This document shows, in pieces, positions 63,300 through 64,000 of a stretch of DNA of 64,000 nt. Position 1 is the stretch's first letter, and each line of letters starts with the position of its first letter. The notes beneath the pieces were generated by a model. That model worked only from the letters and a program-made list of their open reading frames with translations. It did not search any database and was not told where the DNA came from. The DNA comes from Octopus sinensis (Eukaryota), in contig NC_042998.1 of NCBI RefSeq assembly GCF_006345805.1, forward strand, positions 123,752,001 through 123,816,000. Direction: 5' to 3'. A program made the translations under genes and the position numbers.

Positions 63300-64000
63300 T
63301 GTTTGACTTTTGCTTTATATTTGTACAAGTTCGCTCCAAGTCTCACCCAGAGACCTCAAGAGACAATAGGTTGGAGGTTCACGTTGTTGTTATGCCTAGT
63401 GTGCCATATATTTGGTTGTTTTTTTTTTGGTGTTGTACTAGTGGATGTCTAAAAAAATGTTTGTTTTAAACCTTGAGATTACATAGAAAGTATATTGCGT
63501 AGGATATGAGCAGTTCCCATGAGCACTATCTTTTGAATTTCTGCCATTTTTGGGTTTCCTGGTATATGAGTTAGGCAGCAATCAGCCCCTTTTGCTATCA
63601 TTCCCAGGGCACCTATGACAACAGGTATTGTTTTCGTCTTCAGGTTCCACATTATGCTGATTTCTATTTCAAGATCTTTATATTTGCTCAGTTTTTGGTA
63701 GGTCTTGACAGATACGTTTATATCGATTGGGACAGTGATATCAATGGAGGCATGTTCTTTGTCTGAAGTCTTTCAATATGATGCCTGGCATGTTTGCATC
63801 TATCTTTCTGTCAGTTTGAATGGGGAAGTTCCAGAGGAGTGAGATGTGGTCATTTTCAAGCACTGGGGGTGGTTTGTGTTCCCACCAGGTTTTTTCATGG
63901 GGCAAAGCCAGGTTTTTGCAGATTACCCAGTGAATATATTGTGTAGCTCTATCATGCCTGTTGAGATACTCTGTAGGCGCTAGAAGACTGCACTTGGAGA
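63300..64000 (-). mobile_element. R4/Dong-like element 3' end (RLE and 3'UTR), continues beyond the window
   Basis: IDITVPIDINVSVKTYQKLSKYKDLEIEI..MWNLKTKTIPVVIGALGMI...LMGTAHILRNILSM*; (TAA)n tail. Confidence 0.9.

Overview
AT-rich, microsatellite-saturated eukaryotic DNA, most likely a coleoid cephalopod such as Octopus (inferred from SINE and repeat types recalled from memory, not from a database search). I find no supportable host protein-coding gene; the window reads as intergenic DNA or a very large intron. Every recognisable reading frame is a decayed transposon: many RLE-type (R4/Dong-like) non-LTR retrotransposons anchored in (TAA)n arrays, CR1-group and RTE LINE 3' ends, Penelope-like RT/GIY-YIG fragments with pseudo-LTRs, mariner and maT DNA transposons, two tRNA-type SINE families, and several MITE/foldback elements. 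Most other ORFs in the track are microsatellite artefacts. The best leads are: minimal hammerhead-ribozyme-like motifs in Penelope pseudo-LTRs (20854-20889, 27979-28030); a perfect 333-bp inverted repeat (11526-12500); a TSD-flanked bipartite RTE-derived element with a highly structured head (472-1027); a candidate 9-nt microexon (6543-6551); a pile-up of TAA-anchored retroelements from 56.7 to 64 kb; and an unexplained ~95-bp homologous block shared by two unique-looking regions (23871 and 31092). Element boundaries are read by eye and are approximate unless a TSD or TIR is cited.
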